From NCBI GenBank assembly GCA_050298595.1, contig JBNKUM010000026.1, positions 1 to 58,550 on the forward strand: a DNA stretch of 58,550 bases. Reading direction: 5' to 3'. Positions 18,013-26,682 of this stretch are shown here, piece after piece. The notes beneath the pieces were generated by a model. That model was given only the letters and a program-made list of their open reading frames with translations, was not told the DNA's origin and did no database searches. Source of the DNA: Gammaproteobacteria bacterium (GTDB taxonomy: Bacteria; Pseudomonadota; Gammaproteobacteria; GCA-001735895). The position numbers were made by a program, and so were the translations under genes. The first letter of the stretch is position 1. Every line of letters begins with the position of its first letter.

Positions 18013-18816
18013 ATGAGAAAATATAAAAAAATCGTATATCGAAATGAAAAACGCTATTTCTATCGATTTTCATTAATGCAAAGAGTACAGCATGTAGTTC
18101 TGTTTACAACGGTAATAATACTATCACTTACAGGATTCCCGTTACGCTACTTCGATCAGCCCTGGGCAAAACCACTGTATGAATTTTTTGGTGGGATACA
18201 TATAGCTCCATGGATACACCGTATAACTGGATTGATTTTACTTGGTTTGTTTTTGTTTCACACTGGGTACTGGCTCTATCTGTTCTTCAAATACAGGGTT
18301 GGAAGACTGATGCTCGAAAAGAGACTGTCAGTAATTAATTTTATTCGAGAGTTTTTCTCTATGGAGATGGTGCCCAACAAAAAGGATTTTTTTGATTTTA
18401 TTGCCATGTGGAAATACCTGTTGTTCATAAGCAGCGAGCGCCCTCAGTACGACCGTATGTCGTGGAAGGAAAAGTTTGACTATTTCGCGCCCTACTGGGG
18501 TATTCCAATTCTTGGGCCTGCGGGATTAGCTCTGTGGTACAGGGATGAGTTTACACAGTACGTACCAGGTATTGTTTTGAATGCATTTTACATTATGCAT
18601 ACTGACGAAGCACTGCTGGCTGTCATATTTATATTCTTTGTGCACTGGTACAACGTCCACTATTCACCAGAAAAATTTCCTATGGCTACGGTATTTTTAA
18701 CTGGCTATCTTAGTGAAAGTGAGATGATTCATGAACACTATGACGAATATACACGCATCATGAAAGAAGAAGGCCTTGAAAATGAAATTCATCCTCAACA
18801 TAAAAACGAGGCGTAG
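18013..18816 (+). CDS. Di-heme cytochrome b membrane subunit, copy 2
   Basis: RFSLMQRVQHVV..LTGFP, WIHRITG, WKEKFDYFA and MHTDEALLAVIFIFFVHWYNVH. Confidence 0.85.
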   Translation: MRKYKKIVYRNEKRYFYRFSLMQRVQHVVLFTTVIILSLTGFPLRYFDQPWAKPLYEFFGGIHIAPWIHRITGLILLGLFLFHTGYWLYLFFKYRVGRLMLEKRLSVINFIREFFSMEMVPNKKDFFDFIAMWKYLLFISSERPQYDRMSWKEKFDYFAPYWGIPILGPAGLALWYRDEFTQYVPGIVLNAFYIMHTDEALLAVIFIFFVHWYNVHYSPEKFPMATVFLTGYLSESEMIHEHYDEYTRIMKEEGLENEIHPQHKNEA

Positions 18817-18823
18817 CTAATAA

Positions 18824-19735
18824 ATGTTACATGTCATAAGAAAAATAATCAGGAATCTATATGTTATCGTCCTGATGATATTTACCCTCTGGTATGGTTA
18901 TATTCTGTATCCGATTATATTTGAACATTCTGCTGATCAGTCTAGTGCCGAAGTCGAGGATGATGACGTGGATGTATTTTTTGGTCAGGGAACAACCGAA
19001 GAAGAGAAGGAGTTTCTAAAATCACTAAAACAACAGCAAAATACCGAAACAACCGATCTCGGCTATATGGTTGTAGAAGAGCAATATGTGAAAGGACATT
19101 TCCATCATGTGGGGATGAAAGTTGAAACCGATTCATTCAGTGTATGTATCAGATGCCATGGTGCCGTCCCTCATGATATGGCAAAGTCAATTCGTGCTTT
19201 TCTGAATATGCACGCATTTTACATGGCCTGTGAAACCTGTCATGTACGTCCGATTGATGGTGAACCCAATATGGAATTTCGTTGGTATGATCAGGCAACG
19301 GGAATAACCATAGAAAATCCTGCGGGGTTGAATGCGCAGGATGAATCCATGTATGGAAACTACTCAGCAAAAATAGCACCGGGAAGAATGGATGAAAATG
19401 GGAAATTCAAATTAATCAATGGGACTAAAGAGCTTGAATTTGCAAAAAGATATCAAAGTGATGAGTCTAGATTGAATGATACTCAGAAATCAAAAATGAA
19501 AAAGATAATTCACAGGAAAGTCAATGAACAACCACTGCTTTGCGATGGGTGTCATACCACTGAAAATCAGCCATATTTACCATTTGAGCTATTGGGGTAT
19601 CCCAAACGACGACTGTACGAACTTACCAGTACAGAGGTTGTAGGTATGATTAAAAAATATCAACAATTTTATATTCCCAATATATTACATGGTGGTGAAA
19701 GCAGAAAAGAGAGTAATAAAGATCAGAACTTATGA
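18824..19735 (+). CDS. Membrane-anchored triheme cytochrome c, copy 2
   Basis: N-terminal TM helix; CIRCH, CETCH, CDGCH; HFHH..RAFLNMH..KYQQFYIPN shared with copy 1. Confidence 0.8.
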   Translation: MLHVIRKIIRNLYVIVLMIFTLWYGYILYPIIFEHSADQSSAEVEDDDVDVFFGQGTTEEEKEFLKSLKQQQNTETTDLGYMVVEEQYVKGHFHHVGMKVETDSFSVCIRCHGAVPHDMAKSIRAFLNMHAFYMACETCHVRPIDGEPNMEFRWYDQATGITIENPAGLNAQDESMYGNYSAKIAPGRMDENGKFKLINGTKELEFAKRYQSDESRLNDTQKSKMKKIIHRKVNEQPLLCDGCHTTENQPYLPFELLGYPKRRLYELTSTEVVGMIKKYQQFYIPNILHGGESRKESNKDQNL

Positions 19736-20712
19736 CTGTCAGAGTGAAGTCTTTAATGTATGAAGTAACAGGTGTAAGGAAGGTACTTAATAAGTACCTT
19801 TTTCTGCTGTTTATATTGTCAGGTCACATACAGGCGGCAGAGCCAGAGGTACCGCTCGTAAACTGCCAGAAGGTTATGGTTTTAGACGGCTCTCCAACTG
19901 GTCATATGAAAATGCCAACCGATGTTGCAGTGGATGATGAAGGGAAGATCTATGTTGTTGATAGCGCTAATCATCAGATACTGGTTTTTGCAGCGGATGG
20001 AAAGTATTTAATGGCTTTTGGTTCACAGGGGAAGCCTGGCGAGGTATTAAGTTATCCAGTAGGGATTACAACAACTTCGGATGGGCTTGTGCTGGTGGCT
20101 GATCGTGGTAATCAAAAGATCAGGATTTTTAATTCAGATGGTAGCTTGCAGAAAACTTTTGATACAAAGATTGAGGAGGGAAGATATACGCCTGTCGATG
20201 TGGCGGTTGACAGCGAAGGAAAGCGAATATTTGTTACAGCTTCAAAACCGTTTCACCAGATTATGGTGCTGGATGCGAATGGAAATCTGATATCGCGATG
20301 GGGTCAGGCGGGAAGTAATAAAGGTGAATTTCGCTTTCCGGCAACTATAGCTGTAAGCCCTGAAGATGATGAGATTTATCTGGTCGATGTTCTAAATACT
20401 CGAGTTCAGGCATTTGATATGAACGGAAGCTTTTTAGTTACCGTTGGTTCGTGGGGAGTTACCCCCGGAAAGTTATTTCGACCTAAGGGCGTAGCTGTTA
20501 TGAAAGATAATAGCATACTGGTAAGTGATAGTTATCTTGGTGTTGTACAGTTATATGATAGTGATACACGTTTTCGGGCAGTGCTGGGAGTTGATGGTAA
20601 AATTGCTCGTTTCAATACTCCAACAGGCCTGCAAGTGGATGATCGTAATAGAGTTTATATTGTAGAGACCATGGCTGATAGAGTAACTGTTTGTCAGTTG
20701 TCCCCATTATAA
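19732..20712 (+). CDS. NHL-repeat beta-propeller protein (exported, no lipobox)
   Basis: MPTDVAVDDEGKIYVVDSANHQI, GEFRFPATIAV and LFRPKGVAV; signal-like FLLFILSGHIQA. Confidence 0.85.
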   Translation: MTVRVKSLMYEVTGVRKVLNKYLFLLFILSGHIQAAEPEVPLVNCQKVMVLDGSPTGHMKMPTDVAVDDEGKIYVVDSANHQILVFAADGKYLMAFGSQGKPGEVLSYPVGITTTSDGLVLVADRGNQKIRIFNSDGSLQKTFDTKIEEGRYTPVDVAVDSEGKRIFVTASKPFHQIMVLDANGNLISRWGQAGSNKGEFRFPATIAVSPEDDEIYLVDVLNTRVQAFDMNGSFLVTVGSWGVTPGKLFRPKGVAVMKDNSILVSDSYLGVVQLYDSDTRFRAVLGVDGKIARFNTPTGLQVDDRNRVYIVETMADRVTVCQLSPL

Positions 20713-20713
20713 A

Positions 20714-23263
20714 ATGACTAACAAACGACGTATTTCAATATTACTGAGCTTGTTGTTAAAGCTTACTTTTGTTGTTTCGATTTTATTTTTACTAACGCCA
20801 AATGCACAGGCAGCACGCGTGGTAGAAGAAAAGCGAGAGTGCGCTACCTGCCATATCGCATGGATAGCCGATTTCAAAAAAAAAGAGGTCACAACTCTGG
20901 TTCCTTATAATCCACGTCCAAAGGTTGCAACAGGACGTCAGGATGTCGTCAGTACGGAGGCGATGTGTTTCTCCTGCCATGATGGATACGTCATGGATTC
21001 ACGTTTTCTATGGCAGGATGGAGGACATACCCATCCTGTAGGTGTGATCCCCTCAGATAGGGTCGACATACCTAAGGATGAAGACAAAACAATCTTCCCA
21101 CTCAACGATGATGGCAAAGTGTACTGTGGAACCTGTCACTCGGCGCACGGCGTCGAATGGGGAAGTAAACTGTCGCCAGTCTTCCTGCGTGCAGAGAATA
21201 TCAATTCATCCCTTTGTATGACCTGTCATGTTGATAGAAAAGATCAGCACGCTAATCATCCTCTGAACCGTAAAGTAAAAAATAATAACAAGAAGCTGGA
21301 ACAGATGGGTTCAAAATTTAAAGACACAGATCAAGTTATTTGCCAGAGTTGTCATAAGGTTCATGGAGCCAAAGAAGAAAAGCTATTAGTGGAGAAGAAT
21401 GAAAAATCGCAGTTGTGTGAGATTTGTCATCAGGATATTAAAAATGTAGATACTACGGGCTCTGGCCAACACTATAGTCACCCAGTTGACGTTATTCCAA
21501 AGGAAGTAAAAGTACCCAGTATATTTACTGAATCCGGATCAAAATTCGGACCTGACAAAGAGGTTATCTGTCAATCCTGCCATACGCCACATTTTGCACC
21601 ACCGGAAAATAAATTGTTGGTTCTGGATAGCGAACACCTTAAAGAGGGGATTTGTGTCAACTGCCACGAGAAGCAACGCAGCTTGCTTAACACGGGGCAT
21701 AACCTGCTCAGTGGCGATACGAAAGTAATGTCAGATTCTGAATTACCCAGTAGCAATTTAGGGGTCTGCGGTGTTTGCCATAACATCCACTCAGGAAAGG
21801 GGCCAAAGATGTGGGCGCGCGAATTACAGCCCGGTGGAGACAGAGTGGCTTCATTATGCCTCAGTTGCCACAGCGACGGTGCACCTGCTGAAAAATTCAC
21901 AGTTGGTGAATATAGCCATCCGGTGGGGAAATCGCTCAGTTCGGCAATCGACCCAGGTGTTCTCCCGCTCTTCACCTCGTCCGGGGTAAAAACCCATTCC
22001 ACCAAATACGGACGGGTTACCTGCCCAACATGCCATGATGTGCATGGCTCCGTCAGTCACATTAATCATTCATCATCAGCAGGAAGCAAACAGCCTGGAG
22101 GTGGTAAATATTTACGTAAAGGAGAGGATAATCTTTTGTTGCTGTGTGAGACATGCCATGCTGATAAATGGTCTATAGCCGAAACAAAACATGATTTGGA
22201 TATTAAAAAGGGTGACCCCATGCCTCTGGGTATCTGCGGCAACTGTCATCAGGTTCACAACGGTAATGGGCCACGTATGTGGGCAAGAGATGATGGTCTT
22301 AAAAAGAATGATTATGGTGCGCTGTGTAAAAGTTGTCATAAAAAAGGTGGCCTGGCAGAAAAGAAAACAACGGGATCCCATTCACATCCAATCGGTGTTT
22401 CAATTGAAAAAGCAGGTATAGATGTAACTCCCGAGGGATGGGTTTCCATCGAAGGGGGAGAAAAAACCACCAATGCAGCTGTGCTGCCATTGTATGATGA
22501 AAAAGAGGGTGTATCGCATAATAAAAATGGCGCTGTTTCCTGTCCTACTTGCCATGATCCTCATCGATGGACAAGCAAAAAGACAGATAAAAAAATGAGC
22601 GGCAAAAAGACGGATGAGGGTGATGCGACAAACAGTTTTTTACGTATTCCCACAGCACCTGATGGTGAATTGTGCGTCACCTGCCATACAGCAAAAGCCC
22701 CGATTCGTGCTACGGATCATGATCTTTCCGTCACTGTGCCAAAAGCGAAGAATGCCTTAGGTGAAGAACTGCATCAATCGGGTATATGTGGTCAATGCCA
22801 CGCCATCCACAATGCTGTGCAGGACCTTGCGCTATGGGGGCGACTGCCTGGACAGGCAGACAATGCTCCGGAAATGCTCTGTCGAAGTTGCCATGATGCA
22901 GGTGAAATCGCAGAGGCAAAGGTACCTAAGAAGGCATCTCATCCTGGTTACGTAATGGCCTGGGACGGAAGTCTGCGAGATGTTGATAAAAAGGGAATAA
23001 CCCATCTACCGGTCTTCTCCGAAAGTGGCCGTCAGGCTCTGACGGGGTATATTAGCTGCCCGACCTGTCATAATGTGCATCAATGGCGTCCCGATACAAA
23101 CGAGGCAGGAAGTGGTAAAAACGAGGAAGGAGACGTCTTTAGCAGCTTTCTTCGAACAGATTCTTCTGAAGGAATATTATGTGCGGATTGTCACGACCTG
23201 GATTCGATTTTTCGCTATAAATATTTCCACGGTATCGATTTCAAGAGCCAAAAAGAGAATTGA
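20714..23263 (+). CDS. 20-heme c-type cytochrome with tandem modules
   Basis: Twenty CxxCH by manual count; signal peptide ..PNAQA; repeated HP(V/I)G..C..CH..H..LR..LC..CH units. Confidence 0.9.
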   Translation: MTNKRRISILLSLLLKLTFVVSILFLLTPNAQAARVVEEKRECATCHIAWIADFKKKEVTTLVPYNPRPKVATGRQDVVSTEAMCFSCHDGYVMDSRFLWQDGGHTHPVGVIPSDRVDIPKDEDKTIFPLNDDGKVYCGTCHSAHGVEWGSKLSPVFLRAENINSSLCMTCHVDRKDQHANHPLNRKVKNNNKKLEQMGSKFKDTDQVICQSCHKVHGAKEEKLLVEKNEKSQLCEICHQDIKNVDTTGSGQHYSHPVDVIPKEVKVPSIFTESGSKFGPDKEVICQSCHTPHFAPPENKLLVLDSEHLKEGICVNCHEKQRSLLNTGHNLLSGDTKVMSDSELPSSNLGVCGVCHNIHSGKGPKMWARELQPGGDRVASLCLSCHSDGAPAEKFTVGEYSHPVGKSLSSAIDPGVLPLFTSSGVKTHSTKYGRVTCPTCHDVHGSVSHINHSSSAGSKQPGGGKYLRKGEDNLLLLCETCHADKWSIAETKHDLDIKKGDPMPLGICGNCHQVHNGNGPRMWARDDGLKKNDYGALCKSCHKKGGLAEKKTTGSHSHPIGVSIEKAGIDVTPEGWVSIEGGEKTTNAAVLPLYDEKEGVSHNKNGAVSCPTCHDPHRWTSKKTDKKMSGKKTDEGDATNSFLRIPTAPDGELCVTCHTAKAPIRATDHDLSVTVPKAKNALGEELHQSGICGQCHAIHNAVQDLALWGRLPGQADNAPEMLCRSCHDAGEIAEAKVPKKASHPGYVMAWDGSLRDVDKKGITHLPVFSESGRQALTGYISCPTCHNVHQWRPDTNEAGSGKNEEGDVFSSFLRTDSSEGILCADCHDLDSIFRYKYFHGIDFKSQKEN

Positions 23264-23344
23264 CCGACTTGCCGGGTCATTTCCCAATAGTCATCAATTG
23301 ACGGTCAAAGATCTGCTCAATGTTGAAAGGCTAAGAGCAATTAG

Positions 23345-23746
23345 ACCACTACAGAGGACGCAGAGAGCACGGAGGTTGTTTTTTAGAATTTAGAAAGTTA
23401 TTAGTGTACTGTCCTAAACTGTATGTAGATTATAGCGAGACGGGAAATAGTCATATGCAAGGCGTCATCCGCAGGGAATGGCATGCCCTTTTCAAGGATG
23501 AAAACGCAGCAGATGGCTGTTTCCCGTCTCGCCCGAAGGGAAGCCCCCAAATCCCCCAATCCGGCGTTGCAGTTCTTGACAAGGGAGGCGCCATTGCCTG
23601 CGAACTGCGTCTTGTCTTGGGAAATTTGGGGGCTTCTATAATCTACATACAGTTTAGGACAGTACACTAGTGTTTCAAAAACAGTCTATTGATCTTTAGG
23701 ATGGCTACTACAAGCTATCCTGTTTCTCTCTGTGTCCTCTGTGGTT
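23345..23746. repeat. Imperfect inverted repeat pair (acagaggac(g/a)cagagag type) enclosing the MITE
   Basis: accactacagaggacgcagagagcacggagg (~23345-23375) versus cctgtttctctctgtgtcctctgtggtt (~23719-23746). Confidence 0.5.
23402..23669. mobile_element. MITE with perfect 34-bp terminal inverted repeats and TA termini (IS630/Tc1-like target preference)
   Basis: tagtgtactgtcctaaactgtatgtagattatag (23402-23435) is the exact reverse complement of 23636-23669; the interior is also imperfectly palindromic; no transposase. Confidence 0.85.
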
Positions 23747-23768
23747 CAGTGTTTTTAGATCAGGTTAC

Positions 23769-25079
23769 CTAGTGCAGTTTGATTGAAGGATCTACGGTTC
23801 GTCTTAACCATTGTGCCAGAGTCATCAGGATCGTGCGGAAATAGCCATGCAGGGCGATCTGATGCATCTTATACAATGACAGGTAAACCGTTTTCGCAAT
23901 CCACCCTGATACTCGAACGCTACCCGTAATACTGCCCATCAGACTGCCAACCGTACTGTATTTGCCCAGCGTGACCAGTGCTCCGTAATCTCGGTAAATA
24001 TACTTATCGCCTTCGGTGGGTTTTCCTTTTAGCCGCTTCCTGATCTGTTTAGAAACAAAGGAGGCCTGTTGATGCGCAGCCTGTGCTCTGGGTGGAACCG
24101 AGCCATTACCCATTGGGCAGTCAGCACAATCACCGATTACAAAGATTCTGTCATCCATGGTAGAAACCAGATTCGGTTTGACTCTAATTTGATTGATACG
24201 GTTAGTTTCCAGACCAATCTCGGATAAAAATGCCGGTGCCTTAATGCCTGCTGCCCATACTTTTATGGAGGCGGGTATGAACTTCTCATCGCCGGTATAA
24301 ATACCATCCTGGGTTACCTTGTTTACCTGTGCTGACGTCATCACGGTGACGCCAAGGCTTTCCAGTTCAGCTGTAACTGCCAGAGATAGTTTCTCTGGCA
24401 ATGCGGGCAAAATACGAGGCGATGCGTCAATCACATGTATACGCATATGCTTGTCCGGTTCGATTTCATCGAGGCCATATTGCGCAAGCTGACGACTGGC
24501 CTGGTGTAGTTGCGCAGCCAGTTCTACCCCGGTCGCACCAGCACCCACAATGGCTACATCAAGTTCACCCTCTTTGATAGGTCCCTGTTGAGCATGAGCA
24601 CGAATCAACTTGTTAAGTAAGATGCGCTGGAATTTAACCGCCTGATGTTTATTGTCCAGCATCAAACAATGTTGCATAACGCCCTCTATGCCAAAATCAT
24701 TACCCAGGCTGCCCACTGAGATCACCAGCGTGTCATAGCTGAAACTACGTTCGGCAATTACCTCTTCGCCATCTTCATCAACCTCGGCCCCGAGTAAAAC
24801 TGTACGCTCTACTCGATCAATTGCGCTAACGGTTCCCAGACGAAACCTGAATCCATGCCAACGCGCCTGCGCCATGTATTCCAGTGCTATTTCACTCGGA
24901 TCGGTACTGCCAGAAGCCACCTGATGCAGCAGAGGTTTCCATATATGGGTGCGATTGGCATCGATGAGTGTCACTTCAGCGTGACCCCGCTTACCCAGTT
25001 TGTTACCCAGGCTGGTTGCCAGCTCAAGACCGGCAGCTCCGCCACCAACGACAACGATTTTATGCAGTGATGTAGTCAT
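23769..25079 (-). CDS. ndh: Type II NADH:quinone oxidoreductase
   Basis: IVVVGGGAAGLELA, HIWKPLLHQVA, IVGAGATGVELA, VWAAGI and VPPRAQAAHQQA motifs. Confidence 0.95.
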   Translation of the reverse strand: MTTSLHKIVVVGGGAAGLELATSLGNKLGKRGHAEVTLIDANRTHIWKPLLHQVASGSTDPSEIALEYMAQARWHGFRFRLGTVSAIDRVERTVLLGAEVDEDGEEVIAERSFSYDTLVISVGSLGNDFGIEGVMQHCLMLDNKHQAVKFQRILLNKLIRAHAQQGPIKEGELDVAIVGAGATGVELAAQLHQASRQLAQYGLDEIEPDKHMRIHVIDASPRILPALPEKLSLAVTAELESLGVTVMTSAQVNKVTQDGIYTGDEKFIPASIKVWAAGIKAPAFLSEIGLETNRINQIRVKPNLVSTMDDRIFVIGDCADCPMGNGSVPPRAQAAHQQASFVSKQIRKRLKGKPTEGDKYIYRDYGALVTLGKYSTVGSLMGSITGSVRVSGWIAKTVYLSLYKMHQIALHGYFRTILMTLAQWLRRTVDPSIKLH

Positions 25080-25195
25080 AATATTTTAAACTTCAGTAAG
25101 TGCCCGATAAGGTAAGTGTAGAGCATTATTCGGACTGATCTGGCAAGAGTTCATTGCGGATTTAGGTATCACCCTGAGTGCTCTGTGAATCACTA

Positions 25196-25927
25196 TCAAT
25201 CAGCAATCGGGTAGTGAGCTAGCACTACGGTGATATTGTCCCTGCCATAATTGTCCAGAGCCTCGCGTAGCAGGATTTGGCCAGCGGTCTCGACATCGTT
25301 TTCCTGGAGGATCGTGGCAATCTGTTGATCGCTCAGCTCCTTGTTAAGACCATCAGAACACAACAGATAAGTGTCACCCGGTCGGTTTTCACGGATTTCC
25401 ATCTCTACCTGTAAATCTTCAGCTGCTCCTATAGCCTGAGTGACGGCGTTGGTGAATATTGATCTGGCGGAATCATCCATTCCAGATTCTATTTCTTCCT
25501 CGTCGCTGTGATCACGGCTGATTTGTTTAAAAATGCCGTCACGCAGGCGATAGATGCGGCTGTCACCGGACCATATAGAGGCAATGTGGTGTTCTGAGGA
25601 TAGCAGGATGGCGACAGTGCTGCCGATAATGGTATTGCCCATTAGTTGCCCTTTGCTCCACAATTCCTGATTAATCTTCTCCAGAATTTGCCGGATTTTT
25701 TCGATACTACGGCCGGTCAGCGGTAAGGCCTTGAAATTGCTAAAATGATCAATGATCAGGCGACTGGCGAAATCACCTGCAGTATGCCCGCCCATGCCGT
25801 CGGCGGCGATCCAGAGCCGTTGTTCGGGAAGGGCCAGAAAAGCGTCTTCGTTATGATCGCGTATATGCCCCATGTGGGTAATGCCGAAGGAAGTCCAGGG
25901 GTGCGATGACGAGGTGGGTATGTGCAT
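25196..25927 (-). CDS. pppA: PP2C Ser/Thr phosphatase (T6SS PppA)
   Basis: THMGHIRDHNED, ADGMGGH, GDSRIY, LLCSDGL and DNITV; adjacent to tagF. Confidence 0.9.
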   Translation of the reverse strand: MHIPTSSSHPWTSFGITHMGHIRDHNEDAFLALPEQRLWIAADGMGGHTAGDFASRLIIDHFSNFKALPLTGRSIEKIRQILEKINQELWSKGQLMGNTIIGSTVAILLSSEHHIASIWSGDSRIYRLRDGIFKQISRDHSDEEEIESGMDDSARSIFTNAVTQAIGAAEDLQVEMEIRENRPGDTYLLCSDGLNKELSDQQIATILQENDVETAGQILLREALDNYGRDNITVVLAHYPIAD

Positions 25928-25938
25928 AGCTTTAAGCC

Positions 25939-26682
25939 TTACTGCCCAAACGGGTCGGAGTCGCTGTCACACCAACCCCATTGCTCCCAGTTGCCGTCGA
26001 GCAAAGCGGTGGTGCTATCTATAGGGGGTAGACCCTGGCAGATCAAGATCGATGGTTCTACTTCTTCGGAGCCATCAGTCCACCAGACGCTGTAAGCAAA
26101 ACTGCATTCGAGCAGTACTTTATGCAGCATTTCCGGCATCTGCATAAGCAGGTTCACTTCTGGGCTGATGCCCCAACGTAATGCCAGATGCTGGCTGTCA
26201 CTATTTCCTGCCTCCTGTTTTGTGTCTACGATCAAGTCATTTGTTTCCAGTTTGTTTAGTTGCTCTTTGAATTCTAGTATGTTGAAGTCATTCTCGAGCG
26301 TCCACTGAATGAGTTGCTCGGCGTGATCGAACCAGGCTTTATCGTCTAGCGCAAGTTTCAGGGGATTAGTGCCAGGTTCTTTTTTGCGACACAGGGTCAT
26401 GGGGAAATAGCGCCCTACGCGATCCACACTCGGCATGATTACGCCTTGCCAACAATGACCATTGCAGATTCCAGATGAAAGTGCGAATCGATAGATCGGG
26501 CTTGTGAGGTAGATGTCCAGCCAGTTTTCCCCTAATTGATTTTTGCTGGCATTGACCGCTTGCTGTAACCAGTCATCCCAGGGTTCAATAAAACTACGTG
26601 GGAGATTATGCTTAATAAAATCCCCCAGAACAGGAACTTTGCCGTAATAACCGGTGTTATGAGTTACAGTTTCTGTGGACAT
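25939..26682 (-). CDS. tagF: T6SS regulator TagF
   Basis: GYYGKVPVLGDF, WDDWLQ and MPSVDRVGRYFP. Confidence 0.9.
   Translation of the reverse strand: MSTETVTHNTGYYGKVPVLGDFIKHNLPRSFIEPWDDWLQQAVNASKNQLGENWLDIYLTSPIYRFALSSGICNGHCWQGVIMPSVDRVGRYFPMTLCRKKEPGTNPLKLALDDKAWFDHAEQLIQWTLENDFNILEFKEQLNKLETNDLIVDTKQEAGNSDSQHLALRWGISPEVNLLMQMPEMLHKVLLECSFAYSVWWTDGSEEVEPSILICQGLPPIDSTTALLDGNWEQWGWCDSDSDPFGQ

Noticed and set aside
23401-23670. Two 88-aa protein-coding genes on opposite strands
   Set aside because: Both ORFs are produced by the MITE's inverted repeats; no recognisable domain.
25141-25157. Sigma-54 promoter (tggcaagagttcattgc)
   Set aside because: GG-to-GC spacing is 12 rather than 10 nt, and it is on the wrong strand for ndh.
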